The notes: generated by a model from the sequence alone, not told the origin. DNA of 64,000 nt from an uncultured Nitrososphaeraceae archaeon (GCA_963825865.1 CAWGVG010000021.1:1-64000); one strand, 5' to 3'. Positions 1 through 12,118 are shown, numbered from the stretch's first letter. Numbers and translations: made by a program.

Positions 1-449
1 TTCAACCAGATGTTATCTGTAGTATGGGATCTCTTCAGGAGGTTTGGCAAAATAAACAAGATATACATCGACGGCTCCAACCCATCATTTATTAGGAGCT
101 CTGAAAATACAGATAGGCGAAGACGAAGAATACGAGGAGATAATAAAGGAAGCAAGTAGATAAAGTGAAATTATGAATTTAGCATGGATGTAGTTCCTGT
201 AAGTTTCGCAGCTGAGCACAAATCCATGCTTGGAAACTGCAAAATGTTCCTGGAAAGAGATGGGGGATATATTGCAATAAATCCAAAGTTTGACAAATTG
301 ATAACATCACTAAGAACGGCAGTAGAAAATGATGGCATGCTGATAAAGGTAAAGTGACATCATATGACGATATATTTGACGCCTTCAGGCTGGCAATGTG
401 CTACTACAGGTTTACCGAGTCCAGGAATAGATCGTTATTGTCCATATAA
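1..449 (+). CDS. Terminase large subunit-like protein, C-terminal RNase H-like nuclease domain (partial, frameshifted)
   Basis: Manual translation across indels gives KIYIDGSNPSFIR...INPKFDKLITSLRTAVE...SYDDIFDAFRLAMCYY, ending at TAA 447-449. This resembles the terminase YxDsa.P and DH..DA.RYa motifs. Runs off the window edge. Confidence 0.55.
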
Positions 450-601
450 TCTTATATGCTATAGAGTCTGTGATATGCTGATTTAACTTTATGCCTATTG
501 TAGTTGATGACTAAAAAGATACTTTAACATAAATCTTTGAACTATTATTTTGAATGTATCAAAAATTAAGCAATATTTGTATATGTTCTTTTATTATCCA
601 T

Positions 602-1334
602 TTACAGTCTTTTTACCTTCTTGTCTATTATATTATTCAACCAGTGAATTCCAGCAGTAGTTATTCTGTATATTGTGGAAGGTTCTTCTTCTTTTGTTTC
701 TGCCGCACTTTCGGTACCAAACCTCAAGTCTTTTGTTACATGTCCTGATCTGATCATTTCCGATAACCTTGGGGTTACTGATTTGGGATTGGCTTTAGTT
801 GTAGCAGACTCAATATCAGATATCTTCATGCCTTCTTCTTGGATTATTCCAAGGCCTTTAGCAATCCTTGATGCAACAAGTTGTAGAGCAACAAACTCTT
901 TTATAGACCATTTTGCCTCGTGTTTGGTTTTAGAAGAATGAGTTCTATGCCACCGCTACCGCACCTTATCATCTTTGAGGCCTGATTCGTTTGGTGTTTC
1001 TTCTTGTATTATGTCTACTATTTTGGATGATGATGTATCAGGTTGAACTAACACTTGCACTCCCTCAGGGCTGATTTTGATTAGGCTGGAATACTTTTGG
1101 CATAAGATAATCTTTATCATAGTATAGAGAACTATCTTCCTGGCTAGATCTACTTTTGGAAATTGCTTAATAAAGAAATCTACTGTACTCTTAAGAACAG
1201 ATTGTAGAGGACCTTTGAATTGTACATTCATAGCCTGTGTAGTTATCGATACACTTACATCTTGCTCCTCCTCCCCTAAACTGGCATTGTTATATTTACC
1301 TGTCTACTACTTCTGATGATGATGATGATGACAT
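602..1334 (-). CDS. Hypothetical protein with C-terminal winged helix-turn-helix (split across ORFs 956-1231 and 602-829)
   Basis: C-terminal SVTPRLSEMIRSGHV...YRITTAGIHWL resembles a wHTH recognition helix plus wing; co-directional with the upstream helicase. Confidence 0.45.
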
Positions 1335-1438
1335 GTTGATGAGATAATTGATAAGAATGACGTCGATATTATTGTATTAGCTTGGTCTTGGTAAGCTATT
1401 ATTGTATGTGTCTTGCTGTATTGTCCCTGTATTCTTTC

Positions 1439-3174
1439 TTAATGCTTTACCACATTCACTTTAAACTGCCTTGAGTATAATCCATACAGCCGCCTCTCAT
1501 ATTTTTTCAGCTCTTCTGGGGACATGAGCAGATGGTATTCATCCCTATCTATAAGGGAGTGCATAAGCCTTCCTACTCTTTGAAGTTGCTGTCTTCTTGA
1601 CCCCCCAAGGAAGTCAAGTTCAATTATATTTTTTACATCTGGCATATCCATTCCTTCATCAAATATTCTGCTGCAAATCAACCTCTGATTATTATTTAAT
1701 GTGTCTATTATCTCCTTCAAACTATGCTCTCCATATATGAACGGAATTCCAGTAAGCCTGGATGCCTCTTCACCTATAGCCAGACTATCACAGAATACAA
1801 CAGTATTACCTTTCAAAGTTTGAAGTAGAGATTGTAGAAAATATAGCTTTACAGGTGTAATATGCAGATTTATCTCGGGTTTTTTAACCCATCCTTCCTC
1901 CAAGAGCCCATCCCAATCACTTCCATAAGGGTAGCCTGAAAGTATATAAATTAACTCATAGTGGCCATCCTCTCTGTAAGGGCTACCTGACAATCCTAAC
2001 CTGTAATCTGCATCTAAAAAAGCAAGCCTAGAATAGGTGTTAGCTGGAAAGTGATGGCACTCATCAAAGACAAGAAGTCTGAATCGCTCGTCTGTCAGAT
2101 GTGTTAAAGCACTTTCATATGTGGATATTATTATATCTGCGTATCTTTTGGCTGTGTCTCTTCTACTAGCTTCTCCATACAATAATGCTAACCGAGGCAG
2201 TGTGTTATTGTTAATGTTAATGTTATTGCTATTTTTCTTTTTGAGAAGATGCTCTTCAATATATTTTTGCCATACTGCTATATGAGAAACCGATGGTACT
2301 ACTACTAGAGTCCTATCTGATATGCAAGAGATAGCCTGTACTCCAAATAGTGTTTTACCAGCACCAAAAGGGTAGACAAGTGTCATTGCGCCATGCCTTA
2401 TGAAGAAATCCATCGCTTCTTGTTGGTATGGTCTTAGTTTAATATCAGTAAGCCATTTCCACGATTGTTGATTTTTTACCATTCTTGGTGTCCATGGAAT
2501 AACGCCATCGGATACTAGGCTGGAAATAAGATTAAACCTAGCAGAAGCTGTGGATTTGACTCGTATTCCGATACCTTTTTCCTTTCTTAGCAGATGCTCC
2601 CTGTATCTTATCCAGGCATCTTCAAGTGAAATTCATTGCCTACAAGGTAATCACCGTTCTGTAATATTTTGATCGAATAATACCTAGGGGATAAGTCAAA
2701 GTCTTCTTTAAGATCGTCCGGAACTAATCCAGACCAAGAGCGTATCTATCGACTCGAAAAATGTTGTAGGTTTCAGTCTGTGATTCCAACCACCCTGCTC
2801 TAAAACCAGTCCATTTGGGAGATATCAACAGGTAAGCTTTTTTCTTCTTTATAATTTCCTTGGGGAATAACTGTGTACGGCCTGTCCATAAATTCCTTGA
2901 AGCGTTCGTCTCTTGTTAGAAGCGAAGTGTTACCGTCTATAATATACTCTTGGCACTTTCCAGCCTGTATTCCAACATACACTCGATTATATACAAACTG
3001 AGGCTGATTCTTCTTGGCTTTTATCGATACAACGTTACGCTCTTTTACTCTAATTTGTCCATGTCGTGATGATGATGATGATGATGATGATGGTAATTGC
3101 TTCTGCTTCTTCTTTTCCTCCATCTCTTGTGGCAATAAATTTGCATCCTCATCTCTGGGGCCCTGGTTGACCAA
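1439..3174 (-). CDS. XPB/Rad25-like superfamily 2 helicase with long N-terminal extension (frameshifted)
   Basis: LRPYQ Q-motif, PFGAGKT Walker A, DECHH, GLSGSP, DEGMDMP, QRVGR. The N-terminal part continues through 2482-3174 across indels. Confidence 0.8.
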
Positions 3175-3265
3175 CTAACATTGAGAGTTGACCAACTGCT
3201 ATTATATCAGTCTAATCATCAATGAAATTATCTGAAAAGTTTCATTAGTATCATCATACAACCAA

Positions 3266-5003
3266 GTGAGAAGAGTCGACTCACTCAGTCTTTCTTTCTT
3301 TGACCTTGCAGAAATACTTTTCACATTGCTGTGTTTATTTATTCCTTGTAGGTTGAAATCGGACAGAAATTCTCCTTGTCCATGTGGTAGCAAGAAGAAA
3401 TACAAACATTGTTGTCTTAGTCTGGACCAGGAAAGATTGAGATGGGATGATTTAGAGGACAAACTTAGGGGACAAATAAACGAATACTGTAACGAATTCT
3501 TCGACAGAGAAGATGCCTTGATAGCTTATGGAAAAGAAGACGTGAATAACCATAGCGACCTTGCTGACAGAAGGTTGTTTTATGATTGGTATATACACGA
3601 TTACATTGTACCTAACAAAAATAATACTATAATCAAGTTATTTACTAAAGAATATGAAAGCACTCTTACTGATTAGAAAAAGATACTGTCAAAGCATGGT
3701 CTGACTCTGTATCGAGGTTTTTAGAAATTTTAGATATTCGAAGAGGAGTAGGTTATAAGGTAAAAGATATTTTCAATGAAACCAATGAGTTTTTTGTACA
3801 TGATAGGTCATCTTCTCAATCTTTGAACAAGTATGACATTCTATATTCAAGACCATATCCTATAGGAAATATAACTAGACTTGCAGGAAGCGGGATTATA
3901 CTGGCTCATCATTTTTTGCCTCATGTTAAAAAATATGTTTTGTATAACCTTCGGAGCTCAAGAGAATTTCACCAGTTAAACGATAATACGGGAAATCTAG
4001 TCTTTTGACACATATTTAAGGAATGAAAGTCTTTCAATTATACATTATTTGGATTCATTAAAAGAATTGAGTCCAACAGTCATGACTCCTGAAGGCGATA
4101 TTTCAGTATTTTGTAAGAGTGAATTTGCTATTAAAAAAAACAGGCGTAGCGTTCTGTTAGCACTAAACTCTTCAAAAAAAGAGTTTGCGCGTTTAGAAAA
4201 TGAAGGAAAAACGATAAGATATGATTGGATTGAAGAATTAGAGAATAACAAACAATTTGGTTATGAAAATGGTGATCATCATCAGGATGTAAACACAGGC
4301 ACACGCAGAGGGGAGCAGAAAACAGACTATGTATCAGAACCAGAAAAGCTGACCTTCAGGACAATCCTGTGGTTGCCGCCTAACGAGGAGAAAGATACTT
4401 CGTTGCATTCAAGCAGCAAAGGCAAAAACAAAAAAGACAAAAAAGACAAAATAGGAGAACAATATACGCCCTATCGAGTCCTTGGAAATCTATCACTAAC
4501 AGCAAAGACACTAATAGTTGAGTGCTTATCAGACAGGTTACTCGAAAGGTGCAATGACACAATCCTGCGTCTAGTTGGTAGCAAACATCTCATACACCTT
4601 GGCGATAGTTACTCCGAGTTGATGCCACCTAATACTGCAGGTATAAGACAGGACTCTTGGATGGAATATGAAAAACATGAGCATGGATTGAGTGAGGATG
4701 AGGAGAAAGAGAACGAGGAGTACAAAGAAGATTATACCGAGCAAGAAGTTCTTGAAGATAAACTCCCTAATGAAGTAAAACAGCAAATCGATAATTACTT
4801 TGAAGAATACTATGAAAATTGGCTTTACTTGAAAATACCTGCACTTGACAACATGACTCCCGTAGAGGCAGGCTAAAACAGAGAAGGGTAGAAATGTGTT
4901 AAAAGAACTTTTTAAGGATATCGAAAATACAGACGCAAGAAATTCCAGAAAGAATCTGCCTCCATTTCCTGTTGCAAAGATGAAGAAAAAGCTGGGATTG
5001 TAA
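3266..5003 (+). CDS. SEC-C motif protein with C-terminal MbcA/ParS/Xre-like (DUF2384-like) domain, split by indels
   Basis: RNSPCPCGSKKKYKHCC SEC-C Zn motif; C-terminal WLYLKIPALDNMTPVEA..TEKGR; ORFs 3266-3676, 3823-4008 and 4049-4876 are collinear; stop TAA at 5001-5003. Confidence 0.65.
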
Positions 5004-5199
5004 ACTCGAAGAATCAGATGTGTGAGTTGAGCCGGTTGTGTTAAGGTTAACAGTCGTATCTGACTAATATAGGATTGAAACAACCACAAGACACCCTAAT
5101 TCAAAAGCTGATTATAATAATGATTCATTAGTTGCTCCCATGCTTTTTTGATGACTACTGAGATACATTCAAAATACCAGAGCTGTATAATGTTTGTGC

Positions 5200-5577
5200 C
5201 ATTTGATTAACATGGCTCTGATCATTAATGTTTCCTAGTGCAGATATCAAAGCTTTTAATTGATTGCTTTGTACTTCAAGCCTGCTTCTTTTCAATCAGG
5301 TCAATTTTCTCTTCTCGTCTTTGTGCTTTTGTTCTTTAAGCGTTTCTTGGTAGCCGGAAAATGACAAAATCATTCCACACTTTGAACACCACTTGGCATT
5401 TTTGATATTAGCTTCATTGCAATTGCTGCAGTAGCAGACTGGCTTCAGTTTTTCAACTTCAGAATCTTCATCTGATACAAAGCCCTCCGCTTTTAGCATT
5501 GCATTACTTCCCTGATTGTTAAACCAATGGATATAGCGTAAATGCATCTTTGAATTTTTGCTCCAACCGCTGTTCAT
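5200..5577 (-). pseudogene. C-terminal remnant of a tyrosine integrase (GW..Y segment plus Zn-ribbon tail)
   Basis: SGWSKNSKMHLRYIHW...CSNCNEANIKNAKWCSKCG matches the C-terminus of the integrases at 5858 and 31294; no N-terminal catalytic part present. Confidence 0.65.
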
Positions 5578-5857
5578 GGTACATTTCAGCTGTCGTATCG
5601 ACCGATGTTCTTGTTGGTACTGCCTCTGGATCGTCGTCCTGTCGTGCTCGAACTAGTTATCGACATACCTGTTGATTGTCGTATACTGCCCTGTCCGAGT
5701 TTTGTATGCTCTCCTTTATGGACGACACAGTCAACTCCTGCCGTTGGTTGGTCAAATAGCTAGTAATACTTTCCATGGGGTATTATTTTCGTGCTGAAAT
5801 ATTGTCTCTTGTAAAGTATTATTAAGCAGTCTTTTATTTATTTAGTAAGCGTATCGT

Positions 5858-7435
5858 ATGGCTAGACGATCAAACAAGTCAGTAGCAGCAACATTAACAG
5901 CAGCAGCAACTACTAGTACGAAAGATGATGATGGAGAAGAGCATCTTGAAACACAAAGGAAAATTACTTTAGCAACAGAAGGATTTACTACAAACAAGTT
6001 TTGCGAATTAATCCTGAGAGACAGGAATAGATTATCTAAGGGAAATGCCCTGACAGTTTCCAACTATATAATAGCAATGAAAACGGAGATTAACCCTAGG
6101 CCTAACACCATAAGGACTGCAATTCAGTTTCTGGCAGAACTTTCAAAGTCTGTTTGAATCGCAAAGCAGTTTAAGGATATGACAAAAGATGACGTCTTGC
6201 TATATTTGGACAGTTGCAGAAAACCAGAAAATGATTACCCACTTCACAAATGGATAGGGAGTTATAATGTAAAACGAATGACACTCATTAGGTTCTTCAA
6301 ATGGTTGTGCTATCCTGATATAGATAGTTCTAAAAGAAGAAGTGAGTTATCTGCATCCGAGAGAAAACCTGAATGTGTTATGGGTATTTCTAAAATTAAA
6401 AGGAAGGAGATTAGTTGCTACAAGCCTTCAGATCTTTGGACACAAGACGATGATTTGTTATTTTTGAAATGGGTTACAAACAAACGCGATAGATGCTACC
6501 ATACAATGTCAAGAGACTTGTCAGCAAGGCCCCATGAAATATTGAATCTAAAGATAAAGGATATCATGTTCAAAACTGTAGATAGTGGCAAGCATCAATA
6601 CGCAGAAGTATTAGTCAACGGTAAAACAGGTTCAAGGCATATCCCATTAATCCAGTCTATTCCATATATCAAAGAATGGCTAGCGAATCACCCAAGCAGG
6701 AATAACCCAAAGTCTCCACTTTTCGTAGGTTTAGATAATCACAGCATGGGTAGAAGACAACTTACTCTCAATGGCCTATACAGGTTATACAGAGATTACA
6801 AACAAGAGTTCTTCCCCAAGTTGCTAGAAGATCCTACAGATACCAAATGAAGACAAGGAGAAAATAAAAAATCTTCTTGCAAAGCCATTCAACCCTTATA
6901 TTAGAAGGCATTCAGCACTTACAGAGAAATCAACAAAGCTAAAATCACATACGTTAAACCAACATGCAGGTTGGAGCCCTACAAGCAACGTATCGCAAAA
7001 ATATATTCATTACTTTGGAAACGAATCAAGCGAATCATTGCTAGAAGCATATGGCATAGTCACAAAGAACAACGTCCCAATCGATACCTTGAATCCCAAG
7101 GTATGCCCTAACTGCAGTGAAGGAAATACTGTAGACAGTAAGTTCTGGCAGCAAGTGCAAAATGATAATGAGCTATGAAGGATATCAAGAAGCACTAGAG
7201 TCACAGAAGCAGAAAGAAGACAAACTAACCGTTATGGAAAAGCAATTCAACAACATGCAGTCAATGCTGGAGAAGCTGATTGCAGGCTTATCAAAGACTT
7301 CAGACCAGGCAGCAGTTTAACACAATGACACAGTCATTGTTATCTTCAGGAGTGCTGAAAGTAGTAGTGGCAGCCCCTTCACCTTCTTCGTATTCTTCTT
7401 CACCAGATAGTACCACAACAGCAAGTATGGGATGA
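5858..7435 (+). pseudogene. Tyrosine recombinase/integrase with C-terminal Zn ribbon, disrupted
   Basis: SARPHEIL, VNGKTG, PYIRRHSAL, HAGWS, QKYIHY, CPNC. In-frame TGA at 6155-6157 plus frameshifts near 6845 and 7150. Clear paralogue of 31294-32616. Confidence 0.8.
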
Positions 7436-7668
7436 CAAAAAGAAAAAAGGATGATAAGGATGACGACAAAAATTAATTGTTTACATTACAGTCGCAAACT
7501 GCCAGATCCGCGCTGCAAAATCTGTAGAACAGGAGCAATTAATCCCATACCAAGTTCCGATGTTGAAAAAACTTCTATGGTGGAATAGCGTTGATCCAAA
7601 AAGGCTCAACTGACATGAATTTCATTATCTAAAAGGTAGGGCGCTGAGAAAGACAGTAAGGTTGGTAA

Positions 7669-8785
7669 GGGGTTGTTGCCTAATTCGTTTTAATTGACTG
7701 TAAATATGATTTCACGGTTTTCGATTTAGCTTAGAAAGGGTATGCACCCTCTTATTGACTTGCAAGCACAAGAGGAAAGATGGTTACTGGTTGTGTTACC
7801 ATCTAGCACATACCCTAGAACGAGATATGCTTATCGAAAATATAGTTTCTCTGGTCAAAGAAAATCCTCCTCCTACTTCAAAGAAGAACAGTAATAGAGG
7901 AAGGAAACCAATTCATTCTTGGGAAAAACTTGTCTGTATTTGTATATTGATGGTTGTTTTCGGTTCAACGTACAGAGATATACAGAATATAGTACCCTCT
8001 CTTAATTTGCCATGGAATAACGAGCCATATCCAGATCATACGTGGATATCACGTACATTCAAGAAGATACCGCTGATATATCTTGAACGTGTACTAATAT
8101 GGTCAGCTTATCTATGTTTGAAAGAATCAGGCTGGAAGAAGGGTATTCTCGCATCAGATAGCACCGGTGTAGAGACAAACAGGTACGGATACGAAGTACG
8201 ATTTATCAAAAATAGTAGTAGTAAGAAATTCGAAAAGATAAGGGTAAAACAGTATCTGAAATGGCATATCACAGGGATACTTGATCATCTCATAATACTT
8301 AATACACGACTTACCAGTAAGAAAACACACGATTCTCCAGTACTCCGAACAATGCTAAACAGATTGAAGAAATATAGATTAGACTTTGCAGGTTCAACAT
8401 TCAATGGTGACAGAGGTTATGATGGCAACAAGAACTTCCAGTCAGTGTTTAACATGAACATGCTTCCAAATATCAAGCAGAGAAAAAACTCCAAGAACAA
8501 GAATAGCAGTAGTAAGAAGAACAAATACAGAAAGAAGGCTGCAAAGATATTCAATGCATCAATATATCGTTATAGAGGATTGATAGAAGGAATATTTGGA
8601 GCTGAAGAAACTAAACATCATCATCATCAGCTATACTGCACATTCAGATTAAAGAACAATCAGAAAAGATTTGGATTAATTAAATCAATAGGCTGGAACC
8701 TAGAAGTCCTTAACAGACTACAATGTGCAAACAAACTGGGAATAAAGGTGACACCATATGCGATATCAAATTAGGCAACAACCCC
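7669..8785 (+). mobile_element. IS element, IS5/IS4-like DDE family
   Basis: Perfect 17-bp terminal inverted repeats GGGGTTGTTGCCTAATT (7669-7685) / AATTAGGCAACAACCCC (8769-8785) around a transposase; no target duplication visible. Confidence 0.85.
7755..8774 (+). CDS. DDE transposase (DDE_Tnp_1-like)
   Basis: PDHTWISR, ASDSTG, HD, DRGYD, YRYRGLIEGIFG motifs; stop codon lies inside the right TIR. Confidence 0.85.
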   Translation: MTCKHKRKDGYWLCYHLAHTLERDMLIENIVSLVKENPPPTSKKNSNRGRKPIHSWEKLVCICILMVVFGSTYRDIQNIVPSLNLPWNNEPYPDHTWISRTFKKIPLIYLERVLIWSAYLCLKESGWKKGILASDSTGVETNRYGYEVRFIKNSSSKKFEKIRVKQYLKWHITGILDHLIILNTRLTSKKTHDSPVLRTMLNRLKKYRLDFAGSTFNGDRGYDGNKNFQSVFNMNMLPNIKQRKNSKNKNSSSKKNKYRKKAAKIFNASIYRYRGLIEGIFGAEETKHHHHQLYCTFRLKNNQKRFGLIKSIGWNLEVLNRLQCANKLGIKVTPYAISN

Positions 8786-9259
8786 ACATGGTATGACTCT
8801 GTTAAATGGTAGGTGCATCAAAAGAGGATCTGTTGGCTAGGCCGAGAAGATGCAGTAGTGTCGTTTCGGGCATGGTTCTTTATCAAGGAGAAATTGTGCA
8901 CAGCTTAAAGTCTATAATAGCACAGTGGTAGGATTTTTTTGCGATGGTATTGAGTGGAAGTATCGAGTTATTATTAATATCATCACTACTTACTTTCGGC
9001 GACTCCGAAGCAATACTATCTGCTGTCATATTTGCGTCAGGAATAATCTTTATGACCAAACTAGCATGGAGGTATTCTCCTCTTGAAGTAACAGGAACCT
9101 CATCCTAATTTCAGGTCTAATTTTAGCGCTAATCCTATTGTCATCTGCATGTGTAATTGCAATATTTGGGTGGGATAGTTTTAATTTTATTCTCGGTGTT
9201 ACCTTTATCAGCAGCTTTACTCTATGTAGTAGGTTTAAGAAGAATTGGATCATCGCTTG

Positions 9260-9700
9260 CTAATTATCCACTTGCTCGACCTTCTCTTTAAAGGCATTAT
9301 TCATTTTGTCGAAACTTTGATACAGATCTTTATCCAGACGATTACCAGCAAGAAAGGCTCCCAAGCCAGTAAAGACCTCTCTGTGTACAAAGCGTATATA
9401 ATTTACTTCTAATGGCTCTATAGTAAAAATTCGTTCACCATTGAATATTCCAGGCACGAGAGATTTTCCCAACCAACGCAGTTCGTGATTTGGTTCAACC
9501 TTTGTTACCGTAGGTCTGTAGGTCCTATTTTTTCCTCTGGAAGTCTGAAGATATATTTCGAGCTTTATTCCAACCTTGGCCTCTCCATTTATTTTACGAA
9601 TAAATGGATTCCACTGTGGAAAGTTATCAAAATCTGTAAGTACTTGCCATGCCATTTGAGGAGATGCTTTAATTTCAATTTCGGTGCGAATTTCTTTCAA
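9260..9700 (-). CDS. SRPBCC (START/polyketide cyclase-like) family protein
   Basis: IEIKASPQMAWQVLTDFDNFPQWNPFI ... ELRWLG ... FVHREVFTG ... MNNAFKEKVE. Confidence 0.85.
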   Translation of the reverse strand: MKEIRTEIEIKASPQMAWQVLTDFDNFPQWNPFIRKINGEAKVGIKLEIYLQTSRGKNRTYRPTVTKVEPNHELRWLGKSLVPGIFNGERIFTIEPLEVNYIRFVHREVFTGLGAFLAGNRLDKDLYQSFDKMNNAFKEKVEQVDN

Positions 9701-9995
9701 GGTATCTTTATTTCTGGAAGGTTGTCGTTTAAACTTTTTTTGTATTCGTCTTGTGTACCTTCAACTAGTGTATTTACAATGAAAGAAACAAATAATACAC
9801 ATGTAACAGTAATTTTATTACTTAATCATTATAACTGCAACTAACATAATAATATATGTGTATTTACTTAAATGACACATATTAATAACATGATTCTTAT
9901 AAGGAACCACTAAACGAACATCAAGTATTAAGTACAAGTTACATTCTAGTTATTTAGCAAAATTTAAGTTATCTGATGCATCTAATATTGTAGAT

Positions 9996-10118
9996 ATGTC
10001 TTCAAGCGAAATTATAAGGTGTAAAGAATGCGGTGAAGTATTTGATACAATCGAATCACTTAAAGAACATGAGAAATCAGAGAGAGAAGATCAGGAACTT
10101 CAAAACAAAAGACTTTGA
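9996..10118 (+). CDS. Small C2H2-like zinc-finger protein (40 aa; below the ORF-track cutoff)
   Basis: Manual translation MSSSEIIRCKECGEVFDTIESLKEHEKSEREDQELQNKRL*; CxxC-x3-F-x5-L-x2-H pattern. Confidence 0.6.
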   Translation: MSSSEIIRCKECGEVFDTIESLKEHEKSEREDQELQNKRL

Positions 10119-10295
10119 TTAGGTATGTTAATGGCATCTAATATCTTGACTTCAGACCTTAAACCAAATATCATATGCTTTTAGTGTGTTTCTATCCAAA
10201 TCACAGATATTGTTATCAATAACAGATAATCTTACGTTGGAATTACTGTGTTGTTGTCAAAATTATAAAAACTATTAATTAGTATCTAAATAAAC

Positions 10296-10984
10296 GGCTG
10301 TGTTCATTTAACAGCGTAGTGAGTAATCATTCTATTATGCATGTCAATAAACATACTAAACCAATTGAGGATGTGTTCTAGTTTGCAACTCCTTTCTTTT
10401 CTACAAGGAAAATAATCATCAAAACTTTCTGTTCTATCTTTAACATATTGGATTGTACGCTCAATTATGCTTTTTTCATAAAATGAGTGAACATGGTGCT
10501 TTAGTCTCAAGAATTTGCAAGTCTGAGGATACCAGGTACCGCCATCTGTAGATATGTTACATTTACCATACCTTTTAACTAATGATTTTATAAATAATTG
10601 TTCAGCAATAAGCATATTTCTTTCTATGGAAATACGAATGCCAAGGATTGTATTATCTATTGGTTCAATAGCAATAATCCATAGCCACACATACTTATGA
10701 CCAGCTTTGATAAGAGTTTCATCTATTATATATTCTGCTATTCTCTTATTCCTTTGCATTATTTTCATTGGTCTATACCTTTGAATCCAATTCCATATAG
10801 AAACATGATTTCTTTTGATGAAGGTAGATAGTCTTTGGGATGCTTTTCGCATAGATAAACCTGAAAAGTATAGATGTAATGCATAGTAAATATATTTTGA
10901 AGGAGTTCTGCTTCTTTTGAATTTGACCATTTAAAGTGGGTAATGAGTCTTTAGCTATAGATTTATCGCTAAATGAACACAGCC
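10296..10984 (-). mobile_element. IS6 family insertion sequence
   Basis: 15-bp TIR GGCTGTGTTCATTTA / TAAATGAACACAGCC, flanked by an 8-bp target duplication AAATAAAC (10288-10295 and 10985-10992). Confidence 0.92.
10304..10930 (-). CDS. IS6 family transposase
   Basis: YFSGLS.R, HVSIWNWIQRY, IDET, TDGGTWY, IER.IQYVKDRTESF motifs. Confidence 0.9.
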   Translation of the reverse strand: MVKFKRSRTPSKYIYYALHLYFSGLSMRKASQRLSTFIKRNHVSIWNWIQRYRPMKIMQRNKRIAEYIIDETLIKAGHKYVWLWIIAIEPIDNTILGIRISIERNMLIAEQLFIKSLVKRYGKCNISTDGGTWYPQTCKFLRLKHHVHSFYEKSIIERTIQYVKDRTESFDDYFPCRKERSCKLEHILNWFSMFIDMHNRMITHYAVK

Positions 10985-11139
10985 AAATAAACCATGCACA
11001 TGTTTATTAGTAGCAGCGGTAGTGGCGACGGTCCTGCATCAGAACATCCTAAGATAATATACTAATGTCTCTTCTAGTTATCTCTAAACAGATAATAAAT
11101 ACAATCGTGATTAGTTATACAAAATATATAGATAATATG

Positions 11140-11643
11140 TCAAGTACCGGATTTAAGTCGTTTTATCATATTTAGTCTCGCATTAATTACATTTATCTGT
11201 TCTTCTAGCAGCTTTTTATAACCTGTTAATAGCTTTTCCTGTTCCTCATAATCTTCCTTATGTATATCAGTCATCGTATCTTCAAATACTGTAATTACCT
11301 TTTCAACATTTGCACCCATAGCCGGAATATCACGTCCATCATTTTTTTTACTTGTATCCATGGATTGAGCGGATTTATCTTTAAGTTGCTTTGTTTTCTC
11401 TTCTGTCATAGTTTTTGCTTTTTTACCAAATGACTTTACGAGTTCTTTGAATGATTGTCCTGTTTCTTTGGTTTTAGTAGAAACAGATTCTTCTTCTTTA
11501 GTTGAGGATTGCATCTTCGTAGTTTTATATTCTGTCTTTGATGGTGTAACTTTCATAACGTTATCCTCATTAGATGGTCTTGTGGGATCGTCTACTGGTG
11601 ATGTTTTAGATGATTCTTCTTTAGTATTATCCTCAGTATTCAT
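11140..11643 (-). CDS. Hypothetical hydrophilic/coiled-coil protein
   Basis: 167-aa ORF with ATG start; C-terminal helical segment EEQEKLLTGYKKLLEEQINVI. Confidence 0.6.
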   Translation of the reverse strand: MNTEDNTKEESSKTSPVDDPTRPSNEDNVMKVTPSKTEYKTTKMQSSTKEEESVSTKTKETGQSFKELVKSFGKKAKTMTEEKTKQLKDKSAQSMDTSKKNDGRDIPAMGANVEKVITVFEDTMTDIHKEDYEEQEKLLTGYKKLLEEQINVINARLNMIKRLKSGT

Positions 11644-12118
11644 AATATATCAATAAGCTTTCAAAGTTAATAAAAAATTCATATAATTATACCTTTAGAA
11701 GATAGAATCCTACCTATATTCTTCTTTCGCTAACATTGTTTTTACCTCGTGTATATTTATTGATATTCATGGCCAGAGGTGTATTGGGTATTTTTTTGTA
11801 CATATACTCAAGTACTAGATGAACCCATTAATTTCTGTTCAAGTTTGATCAAAATTAGAACACCACAAAAAACATTTTGTCATATGTATTATTATTATCT
11901 TAACTAGTTTGCCTATTTCCGATAATATTAACTTTTTTGGTACTGTTAACTCTAGAATCTCAAATCCTTTAGCGAGCAGCCTCCCTCATTGTAACAAAAA
12001 TATACGCAGTAGATTAGCTATTTGTTAACAACGATCTAAACTGATGTTTTTTATAAAATAATATTATTTAGAGAATCGACTTACTGGTTTTTAAGACAGT
12101 AGGCCTTAATCTCAAACC

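Noticed and set aside
3066-3091. (GAT)n microsatellites here and at ~1314-1331
   Set aside because: They encode poly-Ser low-complexity N-termini; triplet unit, so no phase-variation frameshift.
8790-9253. Hydrophobic fragments right of the first IS
   Set aside because: Possibly a decayed membrane-protein gene, but no family motif could be supported.
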